Virus record (IMG/VR): IMGVR_UViG_3300030333_006991
DNA length: 64,000 nt
From: an uncultured virus (IMG/VR IMGVR_UViG_3300030333_006991)
Taxonomy: Duplodnaviria > Heunggongvirae > Uroviricota > Caudoviricetes
Direction: 5' to 3' (one strand)
Of the stretch, positions 41,961-50,827 are shown in pieces; positions within the stretch are counted from its first letter, which is position 1, and every line of letters starts with the position of its first letter. The position numbers and the translations under genes were made by a program. Below the pieces are notes generated by a model. That model was not told the DNA's origin and did not search any database. It saw only the letters and a program-made list of their open reading frames with translations.

Positions 41961-42078
41961 GAAAAGGTGCATTGAAATAGCATGGCTGCTAAATACAAGT
42001 GGTGTTACTCTGCCGTTTGATGGTTCAGCCGATGATTTCAAAGATTGGGATGCTTGGGAATGTTCTTTTTTCGGAAAG

Positions 42079-42504
42079 ATGCCTACGCTTCAAGCCGAGT
42101 CCGAAGGTTCCTTAGTTTTGCCGTCTGATGTTCACATGGATAGCATTGTGTGGAAGTTTCCCCCTTTAACAGGAAAAGAATGGTCATTTATGTGTTTGTT
42201 GGATGACCGAGTTATCTTTGATACCAACCCCACCTTAGACCCTGTTGGCGAGGTGAGGTTTGCGGATGAGGGAGATACTCTTGTCGCTGTAAAAGGGACG
42301 GTTTTGGCGACAATGGTTCGCTACACAGGAGAATCCGATGATATGCCCTCTTTTTACGCAGCACAGCATGGTGATGAGGGATATTCTGTGGTTGTTAAAG
42401 GGTATTCTCTACGAGAGAATCGGCCTCAAACTCTCCATGATTACTTGTTTCGGGAGCCTCCTGAAAACAAGATACACAATGATTGGCAAGAAGAAAACGC
42501 ATAA
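42079..42504 (+). CDS. Hypothetical protein
   Basis: ORF; frame stays open upstream, so the start is uncertain. Confidence 0.55.
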   Translation: MPTLQAESEGSLVLPSDVHMDSIVWKFPPLTGKEWSFMCLLDDRVIFDTNPTLDPVGEVRFADEGDTLVAVKGTVLATMVRYTGESDDMPSFYAAQHGDEGYSVVVKGYSLRENRPQTLHDYLFREPPENKIHNDWQEENA

Positions 42505-42528
42505 AGCCTAAGTGTGTGAGGTAATAGT

Positions 42529-43449
42529 ATGACGGAATTATTCATGGTTACAGGCAAAGGGGGTGTAGGTAAATCTACTACTGCTGCTGCAACTGCTCTT
42601 CAACACGCAGACGCAGGGAAGAAAGTTTTGTTGATGTCGAGCGACCCTGCACATAATCTTGGTGATTTGTTTGAAAAAACTTTAGGAAACGAACCGATTG
42701 CTGTGGCTAATCGTCTATGGGCTTTAGAGATTGATGCTACTAAAAGGGCTCTCGATTTTATGAACGCTCTAAATGATGTCTTCAAATCTATTTTCAAAAA
42801 GAGTGCGGGTGTAGATATTGACTTGTTTAACGATATGATTTTACCTGGTTTAGATGAAATCTTTTTCTGTGAAACTGTGTTGGCTGAATGGGATTCAGGA
42901 AAATGGGATGTTATTATTGCAGATACACCTCCAAGTGGTCAAGCGTTGCGGGCTTTGACGACTCCTGATATTCTTGATGCGTGGTTAAGCCGAGTAATCG
43001 CTTTGAAACGCAAGTTTGAGGTGATGAAAGGAGCGATTTTCAAGAAAAAGGTAGATTCCGAGATGGAAAAAACCGTAGGGCGCATGAAGGAAGACATCGC
43101 TCGTTTCAAATCCATTGTGGCCTCACCTCAATGCCATTTAATTCTTGTAACGATTCCTGAGCGATTGAGCGTTATGGAAACCCACAGAACCGTTCAATTC
43201 TTGAATCATTTAGGGCTTGGAGTTTGGGGTGTCGTTGTGAATCGAATTATTCCTGATTTTGGTGAGGATTGGGAGCATGATTCACCTGCGGTAAAACTTT
43301 TACACAATCAACATCAGATTCATGTGGAATCTCTTGATTTGGCGGCTAACTTGCTTGGTAATTTGAATGTAAAACAGGTTCCAATGGTGGCTTACGCTCC
43401 TGTCGGTGTGGAAAATCTACGAAAATTCAGTCAATTGATATGGGGATAA
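42529..43449 (+). CDS. Single-domain ArsA/Get3 (TRC40)-family ATPase
   Basis: GKGGVGKST, SSDPAHNLGD, LEID, PGLDE, DTPPSG, LVTIPE.LSVMET, VVNRI. Confidence 0.9.
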   Translation: MTELFMVTGKGGVGKSTTAAATALQHADAGKKVLLMSSDPAHNLGDLFEKTLGNEPIAVANRLWALEIDATKRALDFMNALNDVFKSIFKKSAGVDIDLFNDMILPGLDEIFFCETVLAEWDSGKWDVIIADTPPSGQALRALTTPDILDAWLSRVIALKRKFEVMKGAIFKKKVDSEMEKTVGRMKEDIARFKSIVASPQCHLILVTIPERLSVMETHRTVQFLNHLGLGVWGVVVNRIIPDFGEDWEHDSPAVKLLHNQHQIHVESLDLAANLLGNLNVKQVPMVAYAPVGVENLRKFSQLIWG

Positions 43450-43459
43450 TTCTTATAGT
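43450..43459 (+). promoter_or_regulatory. TTCTTATAGT promoter motif
   Basis: 42 nt upstream of ATG 43492. Confidence 0.7.
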
Positions 43460-43491
43460 CCTTCCGCCACTTTACGGTGAGAGTGACGGTT

Positions 43492-44082
43492 ATGGTGAAA
43501 ATACAGTTGCTTGATGAAAACCCGTTTGTGACTAATTTCAAACAAAGATGCTATGAAATATGTGTTTTTTACAATCACACTCCTTCAGATGAAAAATTGG
43601 ATGACCCTACTTTTTTGATGAAATTGCCTGAAGGGTGGAAAAAAGATGAAGAAGAACAAGGTTTATTCACCTTTTTCTATCATAATATCCGACAATTGGA
43701 TTGGAATAAGTTGAGTATTCCTAAATGGGAAATGGGCGCAGGTTGGTGGTTATTGAAAGGTTTGGAGGGGAATAGAGACAGATTCTTTTTGCTGTGGATT
43801 TACCCCTTTACGATAGATTTAGAAGGTTATGATGATTATGAAATTGAAACTTTGATTTACTACTACGCACCTTTACATATCAGCAACAAAGGCACTAACT
43901 TGGGATTCCAAAATTTCACATTGGCTAACGAAGAAAGACCGAATTACGGTTATCTGTGGGAGGATGGAGATGGTTGGGCTAAAGGTAATGCCCAATGGCG
44001 AGGTATATTTTTAGGTAAAAACGGACGCTCTCTCCCTACACCGAAGCCTCCTATGTTGAATTGGATAGGGTGGGATTTCTAA
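43492..44082 (+). CDS. Hypothetical protein, degenerate C-terminal PMLNW motif
   Basis: Ends GIFLGKNG...PPMLNWIGWDF*. Confidence 0.7.
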   Translation: MVKIQLLDENPFVTNFKQRCYEICVFYNHTPSDEKLDDPTFLMKLPEGWKKDEEEQGLFTFFYHNIRQLDWNKLSIPKWEMGAGWWLLKGLEGNRDRFFLLWIYPFTIDLEGYDDYEIETLIYYYAPLHISNKGTNLGFQNFTLANEERPNYGYLWEDGDGWAKGNAQWRGIFLGKNGRSLPTPKPPMLNWIGWDF

Positions 44083-44927
44083 TGAAAAAGGAAGAGTTTG
44101 ACCCTGTAAAAATATCATCAAGAATCTATGAAAAACTCAAGATTCATCATTACAACTTGACGGGTTTCTTAGGCTACCACCAAGATTTCGACCTCGGTAT
44201 CAACGAAACAATAGATACCTTTGAAACAGGGATTTCAGAAATAGAGAGAGAAACAAAAGGTAATTATGATTGGGCGGGAGAAACCGACAGTAAATGGAGT
44301 GACCTATTACCCTTTGTGGAAGAGAATTGGAAAAATCTCTCAATTTTGAAAACCGTTGCCGAGAATGAAAGTTTTAGCGGTCACAATGATTTCTTAGATT
44401 TATCAGCCCAAAACCTTCCTTCTACGGACGAAAGTGGTGAACCACTTTTCCCTTACTATGAGAAAGAAGAATTTGCCCAACTTGTAGACCCTGAAAAAGA
44501 CATAGGATGGTTTTTATTCATACCGAATTCGGTTAGAGACAACCTTACCCCCGACAATCATCATAAGTTGATTAACCGACAAGGAATATACTTTCCTGAT
44601 ACTCATTTTGGTATCTTTTATGTGTTCTTTAATTGGAATACGGAAGAATGGCATTATGGAGGGTGGTATTTTGCTACTCCGCCTGAAATATCGAATGATG
44701 CTTCAGCACTTGATATGTGGGGTTCTCCGAGGTTTCCTTTTAACCACTTCAATTGGTATGGCGCATGGATAAATGAACCTGAAACAACTATGCCGTGGAG
44801 GAATGGAGAGAATTTCCATGTAGCAGGAGGAGGCTTTTACTTAGGTCCTAATGCCGAGATATTACTTGATTTACAATCTACTAAACAGTTAGGAATATTG
44901 AATTGGTGGACATCTTTACAAAAGTAA
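44082..44927 (+). CDS. Hypothetical protein, C-terminal GILNWW
   Basis: TAATG coupling; ends GFYLGPN...LGILNWWTSLQK*. Confidence 0.7.
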   Translation: MKKEEFDPVKISSRIYEKLKIHHYNLTGFLGYHQDFDLGINETIDTFETGISEIERETKGNYDWAGETDSKWSDLLPFVEENWKNLSILKTVAENESFSGHNDFLDLSAQNLPSTDESGEPLFPYYEKEEFAQLVDPEKDIGWFLFIPNSVRDNLTPDNHHKLINRQGIYFPDTHFGIFYVFFNWNTEEWHYGGWYFATPPEISNDASALDMWGSPRFPFNHFNWYGAWINEPETTMPWRNGENFHVAGGGFYLGPNAEILLDLQSTKQLGILNWWTSLQK

Positions 44928-44975
44928 GCATAAGAGATGCAATCCTTCTTATACTGAATGCTCCCATGAAATATC

Positions 44976-45311
44976 ATGCCCGTAAATCCCGACCTTACAG
45001 AAAGTGAAATGAAGACCTTAGCCGAAGACATCCGAAACGACAGAGTTTTCACATCAGGACACATACCACTTGAACACGCTGATATGACGAATCAAGTATT
45101 CATGGATTTTCTATGGGTGGGTGTGAAAAGAGAGGCCGCAATTGAAGAAGAGGGCGGAGTCGGAATGGTCTATCAGTATCTTGACCAAGCCATGCCCTCT
45201 CATACCGTAGCGGGCTTACCTCGTTTCCAAGAAAGTTTTTGGCTCACTCCTAAGCAGACGCTTGCTTTGAATCAATACATCTTCAAATGGAAGCCCTCAA
45301 ATACCAAGTGA
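44976..45311 (+). CDS. Hypothetical protein
   Basis: ORF with TTCTTATACT variant upstream at 44946. Confidence 0.6.
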   Translation: MPVNPDLTESEMKTLAEDIRNDRVFTSGHIPLEHADMTNQVFMDFLWVGVKREAAIEEEGGVGMVYQYLDQAMPSHTVAGLPRFQESFWLTPKQTLALNQYIFKWKPSNTK

Positions 45312-45332
45312 CTCACATAAGGGCGTGATACC

Positions 45333-45608
45333 ATGCCTTACATTAAGCAAGAAGACCGTGAGCCTTTAGATGAGATAGTGGCGGCTTTAACCACAGAATT
45401 ACGCAACGGTGACTTTCGTGGCCGCTTAAACTACGCTATTTCCTCGGTTTTAGCGGGCTTGATTGAAGCCAACGGAACCTCTTACCGACTTATCAATGAT
45501 TTCATTGGCGTTTTAGAGTGTGCCAAGTTAGAAGCCTATCGAAGAGTAGCCTCTCCTTACGAAGATGGTAAAATTGATGAAAACGGTGATGTTTTCAACA
45601 TCGAATGA
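45333..45608 (+). CDS. Conserved phage protein (DUF6899-like)
   Basis: MPYIKQEDR..G.LNY..GVLECAKLE.YRR...PYED.KI.ENGD. Confidence 0.75.
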   Translation: MPYIKQEDREPLDEIVAALTTELRNGDFRGRLNYAISSVLAGLIEANGTSYRLINDFIGVLECAKLEAYRRVASPYEDGKIDENGDVFNIE

Positions 45609-46194
45609 TGGCGTGAGATTTATCTTCATCATAGGATTTCAATTCAAGGTCGCCCTTGAGGATGTCGCCTATTCTTTCCGCCACTTTTAACTCATGTTCA
45701 CGCTCACAATCATCCACCACAAAGTTTTTCCCTTGAAATCGAGCCTTATTTTTTTCTACGAAAGTGATTAACCCTGAGCGACCAATACAACCCTCTACTT
45801 CTATGTGAGGATAATGGTGGGTTGAACCTGAACAAGGACCATCCACAAGGACTAAATCAAAATCCCATTCTATTTCTTCCAACGAGGCTTGTAATATTTC
45901 GGAATCATACCATACATCTTCCTCTTCAAACCCTTCTACAATTTCAGTTTTCACTAAAGGTGCATAAATGTATCTACTCTCATTTTCAGTTAAATTAAAC
46001 CGAGCCGCTAAACCCACCCATTGAGGATTATCCTCTACGGAAATAACGGAGTAGTGTTTCAAAAGAATTTGAGTCCCGTGACCACTTCCGAATTCTAAAA
46101 TTTTTCCTCCCGTGGGTAAAAGATTTCTGATGTCCTCATATAGTGGTTCAGAAATAGCCCATCCTCCATAATTTACAAAATCACTCATATTCAT
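45595..46194 (-). CDS. Class I SAM-dependent methyltransferase-like protein
   Basis: ILEFGSGHGT, ISVED, FDLVLVDGP, VVDD. Confidence 0.75.
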   Translation of the reverse strand: MNMSDFVNYGGWAISEPLYEDIRNLLPTGGKILEFGSGHGTQILLKHYSVISVEDNPQWVGLAARFNLTENESRYIYAPLVKTEIVEGFEEEDVWYDSEILQASLEEIEWDFDLVLVDGPCSGSTHHYPHIEVEGCIGRSGLITFVEKNKARFQGKNFVVDDCEREHELKVAERIGDILKGDLELKSYDEDKSHAIIRC

Positions 46195-46241
46195 AATTCT
46201 CTTCGTTCTCTTATAGGGTTAAGCCCCTTGCGAGGTATAGA

Positions 46242-46658
46242 TTGATATATTGGATGATGGGAAATGGGAGTATGCGAGCAACTCTCACTTTCGACCTTGA
46301 TGATGTGGAAGATATTGACGAATTCAAGATTTTCGTCCGTGGTGTGATGAGTGCTTTCGATAATGTATGGGTAAGAAGGTCGAGTAGTGGAGAAGGGTTT
46401 CATTTGAAGATTTCCGATGTTCCTGAGTTTGATTTAGTTACAGGGAAACTTCTTATCAAAGACCGCTTGTTTGAGGCTTCTGAGGCTATCGAGATACGCA
46501 CCAACACAGAAGAAGAGTGTAGAGGCCGTTTAACGGGCGATAGAGGCCGTTTACAGGCAGGTTTGCAGGTTGGGCGACTCTTTGTAGTGAAATCGGGTAA
46601 AGTGGCGGGAGAATGGATTCCTGCTGAAGCGTTCATGGCGGATGAGAATATCTTGTAA
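46242..46658 (+). CDS. Hypothetical protein
   Basis: TFDLD..RRSSSGEGFHL; CTCTTATAGG variant at 46208; start uncertain. Confidence 0.55.
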   Translation: MIYWMMGNGSMRATLTFDLDDVEDIDEFKIFVRGVMSAFDNVWVRRSSSGEGFHLKISDVPEFDLVTGKLLIKDRLFEASEAIEIRTNTEEECRGRLTGDRGRLQAGLQVGRLFVVKSGKVAGEWIPAEAFMADENIL

Positions 46659-46858
46659 TAGCCAAACACCTAAATACTCGTTGGCCGTATGATAAAATAG
46701 AGGGATTACATGAAACTAACTGACTTCGGATTAACACTATCCACCCAACCAATAGAAACACGGGTGACTTTTCAAACAACTTTGCTTCAATGGGGTTTGA
46801 AGTTTGAAACGCCAAAGAATCAAACCACTTTAGATACTTTCTCACAGGAGGGATAAGA

Positions 46859-46993
46859 ATGATTGAATATGTAACACTTGCAGGTGTCTGTCTTGTGGGT
46901 GTTGGTGTTGCGTTACAAGGGTGGTTCATCTTAGATTTGAATAAAAGAATTACACGCTTGATGGTTTTTATGTTGAAGGATGGTGAAGAATAA
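46859..46993 (+). CDS. 44-aa membrane peptide
   Basis: GGAGGG RBS; MIEYVTLAGVCLVGVGVALQGW...; TAATG coupling to the next gene. Confidence 0.55.
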   Translation: MIEYVTLAGVCLVGVGVALQGWFILDLNKRITRLMVFMLKDGEE

Positions 46994-47286
46994 TGGGTTA
47001 TAGTTTAGGAGATGCTCATGCTGAACAATGGCAAGAGGAAAAGGATAATCTATGGGATATGGCTGAAGATGCACGAAAACATTTGTGTGAAGTTAATCCT
47101 TCTGATAGGTTTGCACAGGCTGTTTACCACTTTTACCTTGTTGCCCGCCTTCAATATTTTGAGAGTAAGGAAAATTGCGATGGATTGACTGACGAAGAAT
47201 GGGATGATTACGAGTGGTTTCTAAGAGAAATGGATTCTTTTACAGATGAGGGAACATTTCAATGTTGTGAAACGGAGGAGGAGTGA
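46993..47286 (+). CDS. Acidic hypothetical protein
   Basis: ORF in operon-like run. Confidence 0.6.
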   Translation: MGYSLGDAHAEQWQEEKDNLWDMAEDARKHLCEVNPSDRFAQAVYHFYLVARLQYFESKENCDGLTDEEWDDYEWFLREMDSFTDEGTFQCCETEEE

Positions 47287-47289
47287 ACA

Positions 47290-47646
47290 ATGAGTTTCAA
47301 AGAGGTGTTGCAGAAGGTTACTTCTCCTATTTTGGTTCCGATGAGGAGAATTGTCGCTTGGTTCGACCAAACTCTCGGTGTTTGCGACCACACATTAGTA
47401 GTCATGCCAAGAGATTCAGAATATCCTGAAGAAGATGACGGGTTGATGAAAAACTTAGGTAATTTGATTGTGGTAATGGGGTGTTATGTGTTTACTCTCC
47501 TTGCTTTGTTCACCTTGAGCGTTCTTTTGGTAGCAGCCGTGAATCAAGAAGGTAAAGATGAATTATGGCTTCTTTCTTTGAGTGCGGCTTTGAATACCAC
47601 GCTTGCTGCTATGTGTATTGGGATTCACAGGATTGTGAAATCTTGA
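47290..47646 (+). CDS. Membrane protein (2 TM)
   Basis: GGAGGAG RBS; hydrophobic C-terminal half. Confidence 0.6.
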   Translation: MSFKEVLQKVTSPILVPMRRIVAWFDQTLGVCDHTLVVMPRDSEYPEEDDGLMKNLGNLIVVMGCYVFTLLALFTLSVLLVAAVNQEGKDELWLLSLSAALNTTLAAMCIGIHRIVKS

Positions 47647-47768
47647 TGCAGAAAAGAGGTAATTTAATCAAATAGAACCTAACAATAAGGGTGTGAGCCC
47701 ATGTTGGTTTTGAAACTTCGTCTTGAACATGAAGAATGGGTCTACGAAGAATATGTTGAGGGGTGAGA

Positions 47769-48029
47769 ATGGATTTTGATGCAGATTTACTGATTCAAGT
47801 GTTATCAGGTTTCTTACTATTTTTGTTAGGGTTTTATTTGGGGCAAAGGAAAAAATACCGTCCACCTAAAAAGGAATCCATTTGGCAACCACCTGTTCAG
47901 AATATTGGATGGATGCCTCCCCCTCAACCACCTAAGGTTCAACCTTATCAACCACCCCCTCCGCAATCTTTTCAGCGAGAAAACAGGGTAAAACCTGATT
48001 TGATATTGGATGACTTATACCGTTTGTGA
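47769..48029 (+). CDS. Small protein with N-terminal TM and Pro-rich tail
   Basis: LLIQVLSGFLLFLLGFYLG; PPPQPP. Confidence 0.6.
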   Translation: MDFDADLLIQVLSGFLLFLLGFYLGQRKKYRPPKKESIWQPPVQNIGWMPPPQPPKVQPYQPPPPQSFQRENRVKPDLILDDLYRL

Positions 48030-48345
48030 CCTTAACAGGGTTATGAGAGGTTGTCGAATCTGTGGAGAGGGGCCTGATGAGGATGGAGGACCTTCTTGTG
48101 ATTGCCATATTGAGAGGATATATTGTGAGTGTTGCGGAGATGCTGTGAGAGAAGATTTGGCTTTGACCTTTTACAAATACAATTACGAAGAAGTTATTCA
48201 TTGTGAATCCTGTTTAGATTATCTCGTTGAAGAAGATGAAATATGGTGGGCAGAATTAGCGGAAGAGTATTTTCTCATCCACGATAGTATTCAAGAAAAT
48301 CGGACAAATGACCGAAAGTGTTTTATAGGGGGAGCCCCTCCGTAG
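48010..48345 (+). CDS. Cys-rich (Zn-finger-like) protein
   Basis: CRIC, CDC, CECC, CESC. Confidence 0.55.
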   Translation: MTYTVCDLNRVMRGCRICGEGPDEDGGPSCDCHIERIYCECCGDAVREDLALTFYKYNYEEVIHCESCLDYLVEEDEIWWAELAEEYFLIHDSIQENRTNDRKCFIGGAPP

Positions 48346-48358
48346 TATTGGTGATAGC

Positions 48359-48607
48359 ATGGTAGCACTGAATAGAATGAATATCAATGGAATGAGTCAA
48401 GTAGATATGCTCGTTAGGCATTTTGAAGAATATGAATCAATTAGTAGTGGAGAGGCACAGATGGTTTATCGCATCCGAAGCCTTCCTCGTAGGATTATGG
48501 ATTTGAAGGAGAGAGGTTACGATTTCCGACATGAATGGAACCGTGATGCAACAGGGCAACGCTATATCCGTTATTTCCTGACGGCTACACCTAATTCGGG
48601 TGAGTAA
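48359..48607 (+). CDS. Small winged helix-turn-helix protein (HTH_39-like), paralog B
   Basis: Shares YRIRSLPRRIMDLK and HEWNRDATGQRYIRY with 5842; CGAAAG-TTTTATA promoter upstream. Confidence 0.8.
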   Translation: MVALNRMNINGMSQVDMLVRHFEEYESISSGEAQMVYRIRSLPRRIMDLKERGYDFRHEWNRDATGQRYIRYFLTATPNSGE

Positions 48608-48698
48608 ATGTCTGCGATTCACGCTGAAATGGCTTGTTGGCGTAAACATTTGAGAGAATGCCGTCTTGAAAGAGAAAGTAAGAAGAAGAAGTGATTTT

Positions 48699-48839
48699 AT
48701 GATACCGATTTGTAGCCACTGTCGTTCTCCTAATGTTCGTTTGCATCAAAGACGAGGACAAATGTTGCTATTATGCCTCACTTGCGGTAAAACCACAGAT
48801 TTTTCGGATAGTGATGGTGGTATCGCTCCTGTGATGTGA
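48699..48839 (+). CDS. 46-aa Zn-ribbon protein
   Basis: MIPICSHCRSPNVRLHQRRGQMLLLCLTCGK...; not in the ORF track. Confidence 0.55.
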   Translation: MIPICSHCRSPNVRLHQRRGQMLLLCLTCGKTTDFSDSDGGIAPVM

Positions 48840-48845
48840 TATGGT

Positions 48846-49301
48846 ATGACGCTCAAGGAATTACTTTCTAAGACGGAATCGGATGATTATGAGGCTGATT
48901 TTCACTCTCTGAGAAAGGAAGCCTTAACGCTACTAAACCAATTGGCAAATGAAAATTCTCAATTGAAAAAATCACTTGAAGAAAAAACATCCGAAACGAT
49001 TGGGATAAATGCGATTTCTCAATTGGAAACTTCATGGCCTGAGGGATTTGAAGGTCATCCTATGAATGAAAACATTCCTATCCGAAAAATCGGACGGAAC
49101 GGAAGAAAATGGGAACATTATCAGGAAATGATGGAAACTGCTTTGTATAGGGAACAGATTCAAGAAATCTTTTGTATGATGGCAGAACAAGGATTCTTAG
49201 ACACTGATATGTTGGATGCTTTATTCGCTTGCGCTGATGGTTCTCGGAGATTATCACTCCATAACTACAACGCTTTGATTGGAGTGAGAAAGGATGAGTA
49301 A
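48846..49301 (+). CDS. Hypothetical protein
   Basis: ORF with N-terminal coiled coil. Confidence 0.6.
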   Translation: MTLKELLSKTESDDYEADFHSLRKEALTLLNQLANENSQLKKSLEEKTSETIGINAISQLETSWPEGFEGHPMNENIPIRKIGRNGRKWEHYQEMMETALYREQIQEIFCMMAEQGFLDTDMLDALFACADGSRRLSLHNYNALIGVRKDE

Positions 49302-49506
49302 TGGGGAAGAAGAGCCTTTAAGTCCGTGTGAATCCGACCCGATGATACGAGAGTTGTTATTGAAATCGGTTCTTTTAGATTTAAGTCAAGGTTACAGATT
49401 TTTGATTGAATATGATACGGAAGACAATCCTGAAATGGTTCACGATGCAGAAAGTATTGTTCAAGCGATATGTGCTGAAAGGCGAGTAATACGCCTTGCA
49501 CCGTAA
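49294..49506 (+). CDS. Hypothetical protein
   Basis: Overlapping start/stop with the previous gene. Confidence 0.5.
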   Translation: MSNGEEEPLSPCESDPMIRELLLKSVLLDLSQGYRFLIEYDTEDNPEMVHDAESIVQAICAERRVIRLAP

Positions 49507-49578
49507 GGTCTTTGTATATGAGAATAGCCCAATGTTTATACGGGAAGAGTGTGGAATGACTTTGAAGGTGTGGTTAGA

Positions 49579-50082
49579 ATGGCCGAAGAAACACGATATT
49601 GGAAAAGAATTGGAATGAGAGTAACAAAGAAAATGGCTTTGCAGTTTGCAGAAAAGATGAACCTTGCAGCCACATTTCTCGATGAAGACATAGAAGAGTT
49701 TACGGCTGTTAGTAGCACTGAAGATATGGCTCTCGATGAAATTGAAAAGTTGTTTGAGAGTCCCGATGAGTATACTGATGGCGACCCTGAAGATGCTTCT
49801 GTTAAACTTATTCGTCAAGCCCAAGTTTGGCATAAGGAACGCAAGCCTCGTTTAATGGAATTGAGAGGTATAATCGAAGAAGAGTTTTTGGCTGCTCGCA
49901 CGGAGGATGTCGCTGCTATGGTTGCAGAAGGCATGAGTGAAGATGATGCGAACAAAGAATGGGATGAAAAACTTAAATCGAGAACATTGGAAGAGGCAAA
50001 AATCCGATGGGATGAGGAATACACCGCAAGAGTGGAAAGTTTACAAGAAGAATTGGGGCTCGCTTCTCCTAACGAAGATTAG
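49579..50082 (+). CDS. Acidic helical hypothetical protein
   Basis: ORF with GGTGTGG RBS. Confidence 0.65.
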   Translation: MAEETRYWKRIGMRVTKKMALQFAEKMNLAATFLDEDIEEFTAVSSTEDMALDEIEKLFESPDEYTDGDPEDASVKLIRQAQVWHKERKPRLMELRGIIEEEFLAARTEDVAAMVAEGMSEDDANKEWDEKLKSRTLEEAKIRWDEEYTARVESLQEELGLASPNED

Positions 50083-50093
50083 GGGGCGAATCT

Positions 50094-50579
50094 ATGACGG
50101 ATTCCGACAAAGAAGAAGTGAAACCTAAACCTAAAGGAAGATTTCATTCTTTACCTGCTACCGAAGCCTTGATTTTTGATATTGTGAAATATCTTTTAGA
50201 GGGTAACGGTTCTTCAAGTAGTCGAGAAATTGTAGAATACATTTCTTTTACTTTGAATAAAAGTCGGAGACACACCGCTCCTGAAATTGTAGGAGTATTA
50301 CGCAATAGAAAGATGTTCTGTCCTACTTCAGGTTACAAAAAACACAGTGGAAATAGATGGAGATTAGATTTGAATGAATTGGAACGCTATATTTCCTCTA
50401 AAAAATATACGGAACGAGCCGAAGCCGCAGATTTACCCCAAATGATATTGCGCTTGAAAAGACGAAACATCAGTGAAACGATTTCTTTGCTTAATTCCGT
50501 CCTTTCTGCCGAGTCGAAAATGGAAGATGATGAATTGATTCACTCTATCCATGATGGTTTACTCCAATTATGGGGGTAA
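50094..50579 (+). CDS. Putative winged-helix DNA-binding protein
   Basis: IVKYLLE..SSREIVEYI...EIVGVLR...RWRL pattern. Confidence 0.5.
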   Translation: MTDSDKEEVKPKPKGRFHSLPATEALIFDIVKYLLEGNGSSSSREIVEYISFTLNKSRRHTAPEIVGVLRNRKMFCPTSGYKKHSGNRWRLDLNELERYISSKKYTERAEAADLPQMILRLKRRNISETISLLNSVLSAESKMEDDELIHSIHDGLLQLWG

Positions 50580-50586
50580 GCCAATC

Positions 50587-50596
50587 TTCTTATAGT
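50587..50596 (+). promoter_or_regulatory. TTCTTATAGT promoter motif
   Basis: Intergenic; 55 nt upstream of ATG 50642. Confidence 0.65.
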
Positions 50597-50641
50597 CCCA
50601 CCGTTACATTCGGATAGGTTATCCGATAGGGGTCTGATTAA

Positions 50642-50818
50642 ATGGGTGCAATTACTAATGATTTGAAGGCTCTTGTGGCTTTAGATACAATCTTGATTGG
50701 AGCCAAGTATTTTTACTTGATTCCTGCTTCTTTTTTCGTGGGTTCTAAATTTGCTACGGCTTGTGCTTTGATAGTATTGACGATAATGAGTAAAGGTTTG
50801 GATATTAGGAATGCTTGA
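50642..50818 (+). CDS. 58-aa membrane protein
   Basis: MGAITNDLKALVALDTILIGAKYFLLIPASFF...; follows the promoter motif. Confidence 0.5.
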   Translation: MGAITNDLKALVALDTILIGAKYFYLIPASFFVGSKFATACALIVLTIMSKGLDIRNA

Positions 50819-50827
50819 GGTGAAACA

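Noticed and set aside
42529..43449. Arsenic-resistance operon
   Set aside because: No arsB/acr3, arsC, arsD or arsR nearby, and the ATPase is single-domain
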